A DNA stretch of 64,000 bases from an uncultured Prochlorococcus sp. (GCA_902583265.1 CACHVD010000004.1:4417-68416); one strand, 5' to 3'; counted from the stretch's first letter, positions 10,717 through 22,242 are shown. Program-made: numbers and translations. Notes: a model not told the origin generated them from the letters alone.

Positions 10717-12093
10717 ATGGAAAATAAAGAGAAGATTTCAAACGTAGAAAATGTTGTAATTATAGGTTCGGGACCTGCAGGTTACACCGCTGCAATATAT
10801 GCCGCACGTGCAAATCTTCAACCATTACTTGTAACAGGATTTAATTCTGGTGGAATTCCTGGCGGTCAATTAATGACTACAACATTCGTTGAAAATTATC
10901 CAGGTTTCCCAGATGGAGTACTAGGTCCTGAATTGATGGATCTAATGAAAGCTCAAGCAGAAAGATGGGGTACTAATCTATACGAAAGTGATGTTGTCTC
11001 TATAAATACCGATTCTCATCCCTTTGAATTAAAAACTTTAGAGGGGACTGTCAAAGCTAACTCAATTATTATTGCAACTGGAGCAAGTGCGAATAGATTA
11101 GGCGTGATTAATGAAGATAAATTCTGGAGTAAAGGGATAAGTGCTTGTGCAATTTGTGATGGAGCAACCCCACAATTCAGAAATGAAGAATTAGCTGTTA
11201 TAGGAGGAGGCGATTCTGCATGTGAAGAAGCAGCATACCTAACAAAATATGGTAGCAAAGTTCATTTGATTGTTAGATCTGAAAAATTAAGGGCTAGCGC
11301 AGCAATGGTTGATAGAGTAAAAGCTAATCCAAAGATAGAAATCCATTGGAATACAAAGGTTGATAAAGCTGATGGTTCTGAATGGCTTGAGAAAATAGAA
11401 ACTATTCACTCTGAAGAAGGTAAAGGGGAAATCAATATAAAGGGTCTTTTTTACGCGATAGGGCACACACCAAATACGAAGTTCTTAGGCAATAAAATTG
11501 ATTTAGATAATAAAGGATATATTGCTTGCAAATCAGGAAGACCAGAAACATCTATTGAAGGCATTTTTGCAGCAGGTGATGTTGTTGATTCTGAGTGGAG
11601 ACAAGGAGTTACCGCTGCAGGAACTGGATGCATGGCAGCATTAGCTACCGAAAGATGGCTCGCGGAGAAAAACTTAGCAAAAATTATAGTCAGAGAAACA
11701 CCAGAACCAGAGAAAAAGCTTAATTCATCAGATTTTAATGAAGAAGAAGTTAATGAAGATACTTTCGATTCAAATTCTGAATGGCAAAAAGGAAGTTATG
11801 CATTAAGAAAACTTTATCACGAGAGTAAAAAACCTATCTTAGTAATTTTTAGTTCCCCAAGCTGCGGTCCATGTCATGTTTTAAAACCTCAGTTAAAAAG
11901 AATAATTAAAGAACTTGATGGTGCAGTTCTTGGCGTTGAAATAAATATTGATAAAGATCAAGATATTGCAAAACAAGCTGGTATTAATGGCACGCCAACA
12001 GTTCAACTTTTTAAAGAAAAATTATTAAAAAAACAATGGCAAGGTGTTAAACAAAGAAGTGAGTTTAAAGAAGCAATAAAAAATATTATCTAA
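10717..12093 (+). CDS. trxB: NADPH thioredoxin reductase fused to a C-terminal thioredoxin (NTRC-type)
   Basis: GSGPAG, CAICD, GGGDSA, and a C-terminal Trx domain with CGPC. Confidence 0.95.
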   Translation: MENKEKISNVENVVIIGSGPAGYTAAIYAARANLQPLLVTGFNSGGIPGGQLMTTTFVENYPGFPDGVLGPELMDLMKAQAERWGTNLYESDVVSINTDSHPFELKTLEGTVKANSIIIATGASANRLGVINEDKFWSKGISACAICDGATPQFRNEELAVIGGGDSACEEAAYLTKYGSKVHLIVRSEKLRASAAMVDRVKANPKIEIHWNTKVDKADGSEWLEKIETIHSEEGKGEINIKGLFYAIGHTPNTKFLGNKIDLDNKGYIACKSGRPETSIEGIFAAGDVVDSEWRQGVTAAGTGCMAALATERWLAEKNLAKIIVRETPEPEKKLNSSDFNEEEVNEDTFDSNSEWQKGSYALRKLYHESKKPILVIFSSPSCGPCHVLKPQLKRIIKELDGAVLGVEINIDKDQDIAKQAGINGTPTVQLFKEKLLKKQWQGVKQRSEFKEAIKNII

Positions 12094-12102
12094 ATTAACT
12101 TT

Positions 12103-12369
12103 TTATTTATTATTTCTCTTGGGATTATTTTTATTAGTAGTAGGTCTAGCACCACCTGCATTCCTCTCTCGATAAGTTATCCTCCCTCTAGAAAGATCAT
12201 AAGGACTTATTTCAACTAAAACTTTGTCTCCAGCTAATAATTTAATCCTAAATTTAGTCAATTTACCTGCAGCTCTACATAAACATTGATGTCCTTCAGG
12301 TTGTTCTAAGGTAACTAAATAAAATCCATTCCCCTGCTCTTTTTCAATTACACCTGAAGTTTCAATCAT
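12103..12369 (-). CDS. infA: Translation initiation factor IF-1
   Basis: GKLTKFRIKLLAGDKVLVEISPYDLSRGRITYR. Confidence 0.96.
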   Translation of the reverse strand: MIETSGVIEKEQGNGFYLVTLEQPEGHQCLCRAAGKLTKFRIKLLAGDKVLVEISPYDLSRGRITYRERNAGGARPTTNKNNPKRNNK

Positions 12370-12460
12370 TAATTAATCTTTTACTAAGTACATATTATCA
12401 GAAAAAGATTGGTCAAAATTGATTTAAAAAAAATTACATACGTTAAATATGCAATTCAAT

Positions 12461-12673
12461 TCAAATTGAAAATTTAATTTCATTAATTATTTGAAGTTGA
12501 CCATAGTAAAAATTTGCTTTTGCAATTTTTTCAGAATCTTCTAATTGATCAAAAAAAACAAACCCAAGGCTTTCCCATAATGAAGATCCGCAAACATTAT
12601 TTAATTCATTTTTTGCTTCTTTTGCAAAATTATCTAGTTTTCGTTCAAGGTTTTTAGACTTAGAAACAGACAT
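12461..12673 (-). CDS. Small hypothetical protein
   Basis: 70-aa ATG ORF filling the gap between infA and ycf39. Confidence 0.6.
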   Translation of the reverse strand: MSVSKSKNLERKLDNFAKEAKNELNNVCGSSLWESLGFVFFDQLEDSEKIAKANFYYGQLQIINEIKFSI

Positions 12674-12729
12674 AGGTCAATAGCATTTTATATAGTACAA
12701 ATATACTATTTTATTCTAAAATTGCAATA

Positions 12730-13692
12730 TTAAAAAGGTAATCTCTTTTTTTCTTCAATATTAAGGTCTGCTTCCATTTCCCTTAATCTTTTAAGTATTT
12801 GTTGATAATACTCCTTTATATAACTCTCTAGTGATGTCATATCTTCTTTTTTAAGTTCCAATATTTCATAAGTTTTGTTCATGTCAGCATCTAATGATTC
12901 ACCACTACTAGTTACTTCAGCAAAAGCCAATCGCTCAGCAACATTAAGAGAATCTTGGAAAAAAGAAACTACTTTTTGAGTGACACTGATAAGGAAGGGG
13001 GAAACTCTAAAAATTTTCGCCTTTTTTTCACTAAATTTTTCACATAAAGATATAACTTCGTTTGAATCCCATGCTTTGGGGCCTACTAATGGCAGTGATG
13101 TTCTGTAAGTTTTTGGATTATTTACTGCTGCTACAACAATTTTCGCCATATCTTGAGTATTCATATAAGCAATTTTAGTTGGAGTCCCACTCATCCACAC
13201 TGCTTGACTATCTAAGATTGGGATGGCGAATTGACCAATAACTCCTTGCATAAAAGCTGCGCATTTGAAGATTGTATAGTCTAAAGCAGATTTCTCAAGA
13301 AGTTTTTCAGTGCAAAATTTAATATCCATCAAAGGGACATTTCTAAACTTTTCTGTTAGAAGAATAGATAGGAATATTACCCTTTTTACATTTAAAGATT
13401 CACAAGCATTGAATAAGTTAAGTTTTCCATCCCAATCTATTTCATAAATACTTTTGGGATCATCTGGCCTGCTAGTCGCCGCATCTATAACCACTTCAAT
13501 ATCTTGCAATGAATACTCAATATCAGAAGAATTTAATAAATTACCTTTTGTTAGTTCACATCCCCATTCTTGTAGAAAGGAAGCTTTTCTTGGGTTTCTG
13601 ACAAAGCATCTTACTTCATGTCCATCTTCTATAGCTTGCTTTGCTATTTGTCTACCAAGTGTCCCTGTTGCTCCTACTAAAAGAATCTTCAT
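12730..13692 (-). CDS. ycf39: Ycf39-like NAD(P)-binding SDR (PSII assembly factor)
   Basis: LVGATGTLGRQIA, DWDGKLNL, VPLMDIKFCTE. Confidence 0.88.
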   Translation of the reverse strand: MKILLVGATGTLGRQIAKQAIEDGHEVRCFVRNPRKASFLQEWGCELTKGNLLNSSDIEYSLQDIEVVIDAATSRPDDPKSIYEIDWDGKLNLFNACESLNVKRVIFLSILLTEKFRNVPLMDIKFCTEKLLEKSALDYTIFKCAAFMQGVIGQFAIPILDSQAVWMSGTPTKIAYMNTQDMAKIVVAAVNNPKTYRTSLPLVGPKAWDSNEVISLCEKFSEKKAKIFRVSPFLISVTQKVVSFFQDSLNVAERLAFAEVTSSGESLDADMNKTYEILELKKEDMTSLESYIKEYYQQILKRLREMEADLNIEEKKRLPF

Positions 13693-13749
13693 ATTTAAGA
13701 TTTATTTAACTTTTAGACCATAACTAAAATTGTAATGTATTCGTGAGAA

Positions 13750-13848
13750 TCAATCTCCCTGAAACTTTAATAACAGAGCACCACCAACCAATCCTATTGG
13801 TATCAGTATCCAAAAAACTGCTGCGATACTAAAAATTTCTTTAGCCAT
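13750..13848 (-). CDS. petM: Cytochrome b6f subunit VII (not in ORF track)
   Basis: Hand translation [32 protein letters not shown]: a single TM helix ending in LLKFQG. Confidence 0.92.
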
Positions 13849-13923
13849 AGTAAAATTCAATGATTACTATAATTTACATTCAATATACATTTATTTGTTA
13901 AAAAAGTAGATAATGCAAATATC

Positions 13924-14883
13924 TTGAAAATTTTTGAATATATGAATAATAATTTCGAAGAAAATATAAACTTTCCTAATTACTGGATTTGGAATGGTTT
14001 TAAAATTTGTTGGAGTGTTGCAGGCGAAGATAATGCAGTTCCAATTATCTTTCTCCATGGATTTGGCGCTAGTCGAAAACATTGGAGAAATAATTTAAAA
14101 TATTTTGCGAAAAGGAATTGCGCCTCATATTCTTTAGATTTAATAGGATTTGGGGATTCAGATCAACCTGGGATTAGACAAATTGGAAAACTAGATAATG
14201 AGATTTGGTCTAATCAAGTGAAAGACTTTATTGCACAGGTGATAAGACCAAAGAATTCTGGGAAAGTAATTCTTATTGGTAATTCCCTTGGATCACTAGT
14301 AGCTTTAACTTGTGCTGTTACATTAGAGGATCAGATTGCAAAAGTTATTGCATCTCCGCTGCCAGATCAAATTCAAGAAAATAAAAATTCGAAAACAAAA
14401 AAATTGTCTTTTAAGAAATTTCAAGATAAATTCATAAGAATATTTTTTATGTTTTTTCCTTTGGAGATTATTTTATTTTTAATAACCAAATTAGGTGTTA
14501 TAAAACTGGGACTAAATTCTGCTTATTTCAAAAAAGATAATATTGATAGCGAATTAATAGATTTGGTAACAAAACCAGTTCTAAGGACAACTTCAGCTAG
14601 ATCATTAAGAGCAATGTGTATTGGAATGTCTTCAAGAGATGAAAAATTTCAAGCTTCTTACCTTTTGAGAAAACTGAGCGCCTCAAAAAAAGTGCCTTTT
14701 TTATTGATTTGGGGAGAAAAAGATAATTTCATACCTTTGTTTGTTGGTAAAAAGATTGCAAATTTCCATAGATGGGTAAAATTAAAAATAGTACCCAGTT
14801 CGGGCCATTGTATCCATGATGAAGACCCTTCAATATTCAATAGAATTTCTTATGAATGGATTAGAGATTTAAAAACCTTTTAA
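13924..14883 (+). CDS. Alpha/beta fold hydrolase
   Basis: HGFGAS, DLIGFGDS, GNSLG, GHCIHDE. Confidence 0.9.
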   Translation: MKIFEYMNNNFEENINFPNYWIWNGFKICWSVAGEDNAVPIIFLHGFGASRKHWRNNLKYFAKRNCASYSLDLIGFGDSDQPGIRQIGKLDNEIWSNQVKDFIAQVIRPKNSGKVILIGNSLGSLVALTCAVTLEDQIAKVIASPLPDQIQENKNSKTKKLSFKKFQDKFIRIFFMFFPLEIILFLITKLGVIKLGLNSAYFKKDNIDSELIDLVTKPVLRTTSARSLRAMCIGMSSRDEKFQASYLLRKLSASKKVPFLLIWGEKDNFIPLFVGKKIANFHRWVKLKIVPSSGHCIHDEDPSIFNRISYEWIRDLKTF

Positions 14884-14886
14884 AAT

Positions 14887-15411
14887 ATGAAACATACATT
14901 ATCAGTTCTTGTAGAAGATGAATCTGGAGCCTTGAGTAGAATCTCAGGTCTCTTTGCTAGAAGGGGATTCAATATAGATAGCCTTGCAGTAGGACCTGCA
15001 GAATCTAAAGGAATTTCAAGGTTAACAATGGTAGTAGAAGGTGATGATGCAACTCTTCAACAAATGACTAAGCAACTTAACAAATTATTTAATGTTCTAG
15101 GAGTTGTAGATTTCACTAATCTCGCAGCTGTTGAGAGGGAATTGATGTTACTAAAAGTTTCATCGAAAGAAGATACTAGGAGTAATATCCTTGATATAGT
15201 ACAGATTTTCCGTGCAAAAGTTGTTGATGTATCAGATATGGCCTTAACTTTAGAGGTAGTAGGAGATCCAGGGAAGTTAGTTGCTCTAGAGAAATTACTT
15301 GAGCCATACGGCATCCTTGAAATAGCGCGGACTGGTAAGGTAGCTCTTAAACGCTCTTCAGGAGTTAATACAGAAATGTTGAAAATAAACAAATATTCTC
15401 TAGAAATTTAA
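14887..15411 (+). CDS. ilvH: Acetolactate synthase small subunit
   Basis: ACT domain [29 protein letters not shown]. Confidence 0.96.
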   Translation: MKHTLSVLVEDESGALSRISGLFARRGFNIDSLAVGPAESKGISRLTMVVEGDDATLQQMTKQLNKLFNVLGVVDFTNLAAVERELMLLKVSSKEDTRSNILDIVQIFRAKVVDVSDMALTLEVVGDPGKLVALEKLLEPYGILEIARTGKVALKRSSGVNTEMLKINKYSLEI

Positions 15412-16064
15412 TTAGATATCTGGACTGCCTTGATATAGTCTTCTTTATTGATTTTTTCAAGTACGTCTAATCCTTTAATAATCTTTCCAAAAATAGAATA
15501 TCTTCCATCTAGTTCTGGGATCTTACTAGTTACAAAAAAAAATTCAGTAGATGAAGACTTACTCTTACCGCTCTTAACCATAGCGATTGACCCACTCTCA
15601 AAAATATTAACTAAATTTTCTGTTTCATTGGGATTTTTTATTTGATAGTTATATCTTGGTTTTATTTCTTCTTTAAATTTTATTTCTAAAGGTATTGATG
15701 GGATTGTCTTATTCAGGTTTTGTTTTCGTTCAATATAAAATTTATTTTCTGGATTAACACCACCATGTATAAACCTAATTTGGGGATAATTTATAATTTT
15801 GTAAAATTTTTGATTTACATAAATTTTATTGTCTATGTTTTCCAGAAAGTTTGATACTGTTACTGGGTTATCTTTACCAAACAATTTGACCTCAAAATCA
15901 CCTTTTGAAGTTTTAAAATGAACTACTTTATTACCCTCAATACAACTAAATTTAAGTTTTTGGCAGTAGTAATTTGAATCAATCTTATTTTTATAACTAC
16001 AAGCTTGAACCAAAAACAAAACTTGTATAAAAGATAATGTTTTTAAAAAATATTTTTTTTTTAT
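15408..16064 (-). CDS. Cyclophilin-type peptidyl-prolyl isomerase, probable lipoprotein (start uncertain: TTG 16019 or ATA 16064)
   Basis: [41 protein letters not shown]; lipobox-like VQAC. Confidence 0.85.
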   Translation of the reverse strand: MKKKYFLKTLSFIQVLFLVQACSYKNKIDSNYYCQKLKFSCIEGNKVVHFKTSKGDFEVKLFGKDNPVTVSNFLENIDNKIYVNQKFYKIINYPQIRFIHGGVNPENKFYIERKQNLNKTIPSIPLEIKFKEEIKPRYNYQIKNPNETENLVNIFESGSIAMVKSGKSKSSSTEFFFVTSKIPELDGRYSIFGKIIKGLDVLEKINKEDYIKAVQISN

Positions 16065-16618
16065 TTTAAGCCCTCCAAATTAACATCTAAAAATTTAGCT
16101 AGACGAGCTCCTTCTTCTTCAACTTGAAGAAGTGGTTTAAGTTCACCTGCTCCGCTTAAAGGGAGAGGTTTTTTTCTACCTTTTAATACTAAAGCAATTC
16201 TTCTTCTAGGATTAAATCCCTCACTTATATCCAACTTAACAGATTTAATTTCATCGAAATTTAATTTAACTTCAATATCTTTAAATAATCCTTTTCTTTT
16301 TATTTCCACAGATTTTGATGATTTATCAAAATAGTTACTTCCTGAACCAAAGTTTATATAAACCAAATACCACAAGTAAAAATTTAATAAATTGGCTATT
16401 ACGCCGTATGCTCCCATTATTATTCCTTGAGGGATAAACAATAAAGTTGAAGGATTTCCTAAAGGTAATAAATCCCTTCCTGTGTAACTAGATATAGAGG
16501 CCAAAAGGAAACCAATACCTCCTATCGTTAACATTCCTCCAATAATATAATTTGAAATTTTTCTTGAACCACCAATTTTTTGTTCGATTTTATCGAAAGA
16601 CGTGAGGTCTGAATTCAT
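16061..16618 (-). CDS. ycf4: Photosystem I assembly protein Ycf4
   Basis: GSRKISNY, FIPQGIIM, LAKFLDV; lies divergent from psbD. Confidence 0.96.
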   Translation of the reverse strand: MNSDLTSFDKIEQKIGGSRKISNYIIGGMLTIGGIGFLLASISSYTGRDLLPLGNPSTLLFIPQGIIMGAYGVIANLLNFYLWYLVYINFGSGSNYFDKSSKSVEIKRKGLFKDIEVKLNFDEIKSVKLDISEGFNPRRRIALVLKGRKKPLPLSGAGELKPLLQVEEEGARLAKFLDVNLEGLK

Positions 16619-16800
16619 TTTTATTTTTTTTTGAGCCTAATTCAGATAATTTAACAAACTAAGGGAGTATTCTTACCTAATTTTTAATAAAAAAGTCAGG
16701 AAAGCTTTACAAGGCATTTCAGATATACAAATATTTCCCCACTTTACTCTCAATCTTTGTTACAGTCACTGCGTATCCCGAAGCTAAAAAACGATTTCTC

Positions 16801-17877
16801 ATGACGATCGCAGTTGGTAGCGCCCCACAAAGAGGATGGTTTGATGTCCTCGATGATTGGTTGAAGCGTGACCGCTTTGTATTTATTGGTTGGTCCGGAT
16901 TACTTTTACTTCCTTGTGCATATCTTGCTATAGGCGGTTGGTTTGTCGGAACAACATTTGTTACCTCTTGGTACACACACGGAGTTGCAAGCTCATACCT
17001 TGAAGGTTGTAACTTCTTAACAGCAGCTGTAAGTACCCCTGGTGATGCCATGGGACACAGTCTTCTATTTTTATGGGGTCCAGAAGCCCAAGGTAGTTTC
17101 GTAAGATGGCTACAACTTGGAGGTCTTTGGAACTTTGTAGCATTACATGGAGTATTTGGCCTAATTGGTTTTATGCTTCGTCAGTTTGAAATTGCTGGCC
17201 TTGTTGGAATTAGACCATACAATGCATTAGCTTTCTCAGCAGTAATTGCAGTTTTCACAAGTATTTTCCTCATTTATCCTTTAGGACAGCATAGTTGGTT
17301 CTTCGCACCTTCATTCGGTGTTGCAGCAATCTTCCGTTATATTCTGTTCATTCAAGGTTTTCACAACATTACTTTAAATCCATTCCATATGATGGGAGTA
17401 GCTGGAATTCTTGGTGGTGCTCTACTCTGCGCTATCCACGGAGCTACAGTACAGAATACTTTGTATGAAGATACAAGTATTTATACAGATGGTAAGGTTC
17501 AAAGTTCAACATTTAGAGCATTTGACCCTACTCAAGAAGAAGAAACTTATTCAATGATTACAGCGAATAGATTCTGGAGTCAAATCTTCGGGATTGCTTT
17601 CTCAAACAAGCGTTTTTTACATTTCTTGATGCTATTTGTCCCAGTTATGGGTATGTGGACATCTTCAATTGGTATTGTCGGCTTAGCACTAAACTTAAGA
17701 GCTTATGATTTTGTAAGCCAAGAAATTCGTGCAGCAGAAGATCCAGAATTTGAAACTTTCTATACAAAAAATATACTTTTGAACGAAGGTATGCGAGCAT
17801 GGATGTCTTCTGTGGATCAACCACACGAAAACTTTGTATTCCCTGAGGAGGTTCTTCCACGTGGAAACGCCCTTTAA
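16801..17877 (+). CDS. psbD: Photosystem II D2 protein
   Basis: [29 protein letters not shown]-terminal PRGNAL. Confidence 0.99.
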   Translation: MTIAVGSAPQRGWFDVLDDWLKRDRFVFIGWSGLLLLPCAYLAIGGWFVGTTFVTSWYTHGVASSYLEGCNFLTAAVSTPGDAMGHSLLFLWGPEAQGSFVRWLQLGGLWNFVALHGVFGLIGFMLRQFEIAGLVGIRPYNALAFSAVIAVFTSIFLIYPLGQHSWFFAPSFGVAAIFRYILFIQGFHNITLNPFHMMGVAGILGGALLCAIHGATVQNTLYEDTSIYTDGKVQSSTFRAFDPTQEEETYSMITANRFWSQIFGIAFSNKRFLHFLMLFVPVMGMWTSSIGIVGLALNLRAYDFVSQEIRAAEDPEFETFYTKNILLNEGMRAWMSSVDQPHENFVFPEEVLPRGNAL

Positions 17878-19243
17878 TAACTTATTAAGAGCTCCGAACC
17901 AAAGTATTGAGGAAACTGGTTATGCCTGGTATGTAGGTAATGCTAGATTAATCAATCTATCTGGACGTTTACTAGGAGCTCACATTGCTCACTCTGGACT
18001 AATAGTCTTTTGGGCAGGAGCAATGATGCTCTTTGAGGTTAATCATTTTACTTTTGATAAACCAATGTGGGAGCAAGGCTTAATCTGTATGCCACACGTT
18101 GCAATGTTTGGATATGGAATAGGTCCAGGTGGGGAAGTTACAGATATCATGCCTTTCTTCCAAGCAGGCGTGGTTCACTTGATAGCTTCCGCTGTCCTCG
18201 GTTTTGGTGGTATTTACCATTCATTAGCAGGACCTGAAAAACTTGAAGAAGATTTTCCATTTTTCTCTACTGACTGGAGAGATAAAAATCAAATGACTAA
18301 TATACTTGGATATCATTTGATTGTTCTAGGAGTAGGTGCACTAGCATGGTCAATAAACTGGTGTTTTATTGGCGGTGCATATGATACATGGGCTCCTGGT
18401 GGTGGTGAAGTTCGACTTGTAAACCCAACTTTAGATCCGAGAGTAATTCTTGGTTATCTATTCAGATCTCCATGGGGTGGAGCTGGTTCAATAATTGGTG
18501 TTAACTCCATTGAAGATATTGTTGGTGGACACGTTTATGTGGGTATTACTGCAATTATTGGAGGAATATTCCATATCTTTACCAAACCCTTTGGTTGGGC
18601 AAGGAGAGCATTTATCTGGAATGGTGAAGGACTATTAAGTTATGCTCTTGGTGGAATTTGTGTGGCAAGCTTTATTGCTTCAACATTCATCTGGTTTAAC
18701 AACACTGCTTACCCTTCAGAGTTTTATGGTCCAACAAATGCGGAAGCTTCACAGGCTCAAAGCTTTACTTTCCTAGTGAGAGACCAAAGAATTGGAGCTA
18801 ACGTAGGTTCAACAATGGGACCAACAGGTCTAGGTAAGTATCTCATGAGATCTCCTACAGGTGAAATTATATTTGGTGGTGAAACAATGAGATTTTGGGA
18901 CTTCAGAGGTCCATGGTTAGAGCCTCTAAGAGGTCCTAATGGATTGAGCCTTGAGAAAATCCAAAACGATATTCAGCCATGGCAAGTAAGAAGAGCAGCT
19001 GAATACATGACTCATGCTCCTAACGCTTCTATCAACTCTGTTGGTGGAATCATTACAGAGCCAAACGCTGTTAACTTCGTTAATTTAAGACAATGGTTAG
19101 CTGCAGCTCAATTCTTCCTAGGATGGTTTACATTCATCGGTCACCTTTGGCATGCTGGTCGTGCTAGAGCAGCCGCTGCTGGTTTCGAAAAAGGAATCGA
19201 CAGAAAGAGTGAACCAGCTCTAGAAATGCCTGATTTAGATTAA
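17861..19243 (+). CDS. psbC: Photosystem II CP43 (GTG start overlapping psbD)
   Basis: GTG at 17861 gives (M)ETPFN; [29 protein letters not shown]. Confidence 0.99.
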   Translation: METPFNNLLRAPNQSIEETGYAWYVGNARLINLSGRLLGAHIAHSGLIVFWAGAMMLFEVNHFTFDKPMWEQGLICMPHVAMFGYGIGPGGEVTDIMPFFQAGVVHLIASAVLGFGGIYHSLAGPEKLEEDFPFFSTDWRDKNQMTNILGYHLIVLGVGALAWSINWCFIGGAYDTWAPGGGEVRLVNPTLDPRVILGYLFRSPWGGAGSIIGVNSIEDIVGGHVYVGITAIIGGIFHIFTKPFGWARRAFIWNGEGLLSYALGGICVASFIASTFIWFNNTAYPSEFYGPTNAEASQAQSFTFLVRDQRIGANVGSTMGPTGLGKYLMRSPTGEIIFGGETMRFWDFRGPWLEPLRGPNGLSLEKIQNDIQPWQVRRAAEYMTHAPNASINSVGGIITEPNAVNFVNLRQWLAAAQFFLGWFTFIGHLWHAGRARAAAAGFEKGIDRKSEPALEMPDLD

Positions 19244-19254
19244 TTTCTTTATCC

Positions 19255-19288
19255 AAAAAAGCCCTATCTCTTAGATAGGGTTTTTTTT
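19255..19288. terminator. Bidirectional intrinsic terminator between psbC and maf
   Basis: A6-GCCCTATCT-ctt-AGATAGGGT-T7 hairpin between convergent genes. Confidence 0.9.
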
Positions 19289-19299
19289 GCTCAATTTTC

Positions 19300-19911
19300 C
19301 TATTTATACAAATTTTTTCGGAGCCATGGCAAACTTAAACCCATTACGTTACTAAAACAACCATCTATTTTTTCTATATATTTACCGCCTATACCTTCCA
19401 AAGCAAATCCTCCGGCGCAATATAAAGGTTCATTTGTATCTACATAACTCTTGATTTCCCAATCTTCCAACTTAGAAAAATAAACTCGTGAACTTAATGT
19501 TTTTTTTATTATTTTAGTGATTTTAAAAATTTTGAAAGTTGAATCAAGATTACCAATTATTAGAGTATGACCGGTATGTAAGAATCCAAATTCTCCAGAC
19601 ATTTTTTTCCATCTAAAAAATGCCTCCTCTTTATTAGATGGTTTTCCATAAGCTTCTCCTTTAAATTCAAAAATTGAATCGCACCCAAGTATTTCCAAAG
19701 GACCATAATTAAATTCTTCGGGCAATGATATGTTTTGAATATTCTCAGATAAACTATTAGCCTTTTGAAAAGATAATTCCAACGCTAATTTATTGATATT
19801 TTTTTCTTTTACTAACTTTTCATCAAAATCACTTGGTATTTGAATAAATTCAATTTGACAATTTTCAAGTAATTTCTTTCGGGATTGTGAAGCAGAGGCT
19901 AGAATTAACAC
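19300..19911 (-). CDS. maf: Maf-family nucleoside triphosphate pyrophosphatase
   Basis: [27 protein letters not shown]. Confidence 0.92.
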   Translation of the reverse strand: MLILASASQSRKKLLENCQIEFIQIPSDFDEKLVKEKNINKLALELSFQKANSLSENIQNISLPEEFNYGPLEILGCDSIFEFKGEAYGKPSNKEEAFFRWKKMSGEFGFLHTGHTLIIGNLDSTFKIFKITKIIKKTLSSRVYFSKLEDWEIKSYVDTNEPLYCAGGFALEGIGGKYIEKIDGCFSNVMGLSLPWLRKNLYK

Positions 19912-19977
19912 AAATTTTTTATCAAATTATAATTCAATTCACTTATTAATAAATTTCAAAATTAATATAAATTACGA

Positions 19978-21508
19978 ATGGAGTTAAAAGCGAAATTACA
20001 TACAATAAAAAAACCAATAATGGTCTTAGGTACTTCTAGTGGAGCAGGAAAATCATTAACGGTTACTGCTATTTGCAGGATTCTTAAAAACTTAGGAGAA
20101 GAACCAATTCCTTTTAAAGGTCAAAATATGAGTAATAACGCTTGGGTTGATTGGGGAGGTGGAGAGATGGCATATTCACAAGCACTTCAAGCCTTCGCAT
20201 GTGGTATAAATCCTTCTTCAGAGATGAATCCCGTCTTATTAAAACCACAAGGGAATTCAATAAGCGAGGTGATTCACCTGGGCAAAAGTATGGGAACTAC
20301 AACTGCGAAAAATTACTACAAAGATTGGTTTAATCCAGGATGGGAAGTAATTAAAAAAAGTTTAAACCTTATTTATAAACGAAATCCAAATTGTCGTTTA
20401 ATTATTGAAGGAGCTGGCAGCCCAGTAGAAATGAACTTAATTCATAGAGACCTTACTAATTTAAGAATTGCAAAGTATTTGAAAGCCAACTGCATTTTAG
20501 TTACAGATATTGAAAGGGGGGGGGGTATTTGCGCAAATAATAGGAACCCTCGAATTAATGAAACCTGAAGAAAAGAAACTTATTAAGGGGATTATTGTAA
20601 ATAGATTCAGAGGTGACCTTTCATTATTTAAAGAAGGGAAAAATTGGATAGAGCATAAAACTCAAATTCCTGTTATTGGTATTATTCCATGGTTAAATGA
20701 TTCATTCCCTCCAGAAGATTCTTTAGACTTATTAGAAAAAAAATCTCGTTTTACAAATCCTGAAATTAAAGTTGGAATCATAAAATTACCATCTATAAGT
20801 AACTTCTCAGATTTTGATCCATTAGAAAATGAGGAATCAATATTAATTGAATGGATTAAAGAATCGCAAAACTTAAGCAAGTATGACTTTGTTATTCTTC
20901 CCGGTAGTAAGCAAACTATTAAAGATCAAATATTCCTCGAAAAGTCTGGTCTATCTCATGACGTAAGGGAATATTCAAATAATAAAGGCAATATTATTGG
21001 GATTTGTGGAGGCTTACAAATGTTAGGTAAAACACTTGAAGATCCATATTTTAAAGAGGGTTCCAAAAATTATTCTGATCAAAAAATTAATGGGATTGGA
21101 TTGCTACCTTTAAAAACGACTTTCTCTGAAAAAAAATTAACACGTCAAATAAACTCTGAATCTGTATGGCCATGTCAATCAAAAATTGATGGGTTTGAAA
21201 TTCATAATGGTCAAACTAAATTGGAGAATATAAAAAGCGCACAAAAGATTAAAACTATTTTTAAAGACTTAGATCTAGGTTGGTACAAAGAAAATAATGG
21301 GGGTGGGACTATTGCAGGAACATATATTCATGGGATCTTTGAAAATGACCATTGGAGAGATCAATATATTAATTTAATAAGGAAGAGTAAAAACTTGCCG
21401 ATATTAAATAAAAAATCAACATCTTATAAAAAGAAAAGAGAATCCATTATCAATAATCTTGCAAATGAATTCGATAAACATCTAAATCTCACATCATTTA
21501 TTAATTGA
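19978..21508 (+). pseudogene. cobQ: Cobyric acid synthase CobQ, split by a +1 frameshift in a G10 run (20516-20525); may be a sequencing artefact
   Basis: First ORF has [26 protein letters not shown]; second ORF has [25 protein letters not shown]9 would give one 509-aa ORF. Confidence 0.85.
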
Positions 21509-21756
21509 AAGAAAAAAACATTAAAATTTTGTGGCCAAACAATAATGAAACATTTGTTTCAGAGGGAGATGATTGGTTTTCTAGTGCAGAAAAAGCAGGT
21601 TTAGAAATCCCAACTGGTTGTCTTACAGGCAGTTGTGGAGCCTGTGAAATAGATGTAAATGGTGAAACAGTAAGAGCTTGTATCAATGATATTAAAAAAA
21701 ATAAAAAGAATATATTAAAGGTTTCTTTGACTACAGATCCCTTCTGGGAAGACTAA
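21505..21756 (+). CDS. Small 2Fe-2S ferredoxin-like protein
   Basis: GCLTGSCGAC...RAC cluster motif. Confidence 0.88.
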   Translation: MKEKNIKILWPNNNETFVSEGDDWFSSAEKAGLEIPTGCLTGSCGACEIDVNGETVRACINDIKKNKKNILKVSLTTDPFWED

Positions 21757-21918
21757 ATATTCTTTTATTATTAATAAGATACTAAATTTAAATTTCAATT
21801 AAGCCGAAATTTGCACATAGCGATTAATCTAAAAATCTTTGAAAATTCATGATCCTTATTTTAAACTGGAATAATTTGAATTGAAATAAGAATTTCATTA
21901 ATAGTACTAAATATGCAT

Positions 21919-22011
21919 AAAAAAAGACCCCTAATTAAAGAGATCTTTTTCTGGTTTTACTAAATAAAGTGTTTCCTTGTTTCCACTAATTAAATAAAAC
22001 AACTCCTCTAC
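21919..22011 (-). ncRNA. yfr2: Yfr2-family small RNA
   Basis: Minus strand: 5' GTAGAGGAG, stem GTTTTATTTAATTAGTG / CACTTTATTTAGTAAAAC presenting GGAAACAAGGAAACA (21970-21984), then a terminator hairpin plus U-tract. Confidence 0.85.
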
Positions 22012-22071
22012 TTTTTAAAAGTAGTCAAATTATTTCTTTAATGTGAAAAGAGAGAATAGAATGTTACCTAA

Positions 22072-22227
22072 ATGCAACAAATAAAGTTTATTGATTTCAG
22101 TAATTTTGGGAAAAACCGCCACTATAAAATTTGTTCTGCAAGTTGGAAGAAGATATGTCTACTACAAAGCACTAAAAGATTTAATAAGATAAAAAATGAC
22201 TTTAAAATTTTGCCTACTTGGAAATAA
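22072..22227 (+). CDS. Possible 51-aa basic protein
   Basis: Hand translation MQQIKFIDFSNFGKNRHYKICSASWKKICLLQSTKRFNKIKNDFKILPTWK; no recognisable family. Confidence 0.3.
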   Translation: MQQIKFIDFSNFGKNRHYKICSASWKKICLLQSTKRFNKIKNDFKILPTWK

Positions 22228-22242
22228 GTAGACTTATAAAGA

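Noticed and set aside
10717-12093. TrxR-Trx fusion as a novelty
   Set aside because: Well-known NTRC architecture in cyanobacteria and plastids
17834-17860. N-terminal extension of psbC in the ORF track
   Set aside because: The conserved psbC start is the GTG at 17861 overlapping psbD
22062-22079. TGTTAC-N6-GCAACA as an NtcA site
   Set aside because: Spacing does not fit GTA-N8-TAC; cannot be assigned from sequence alone
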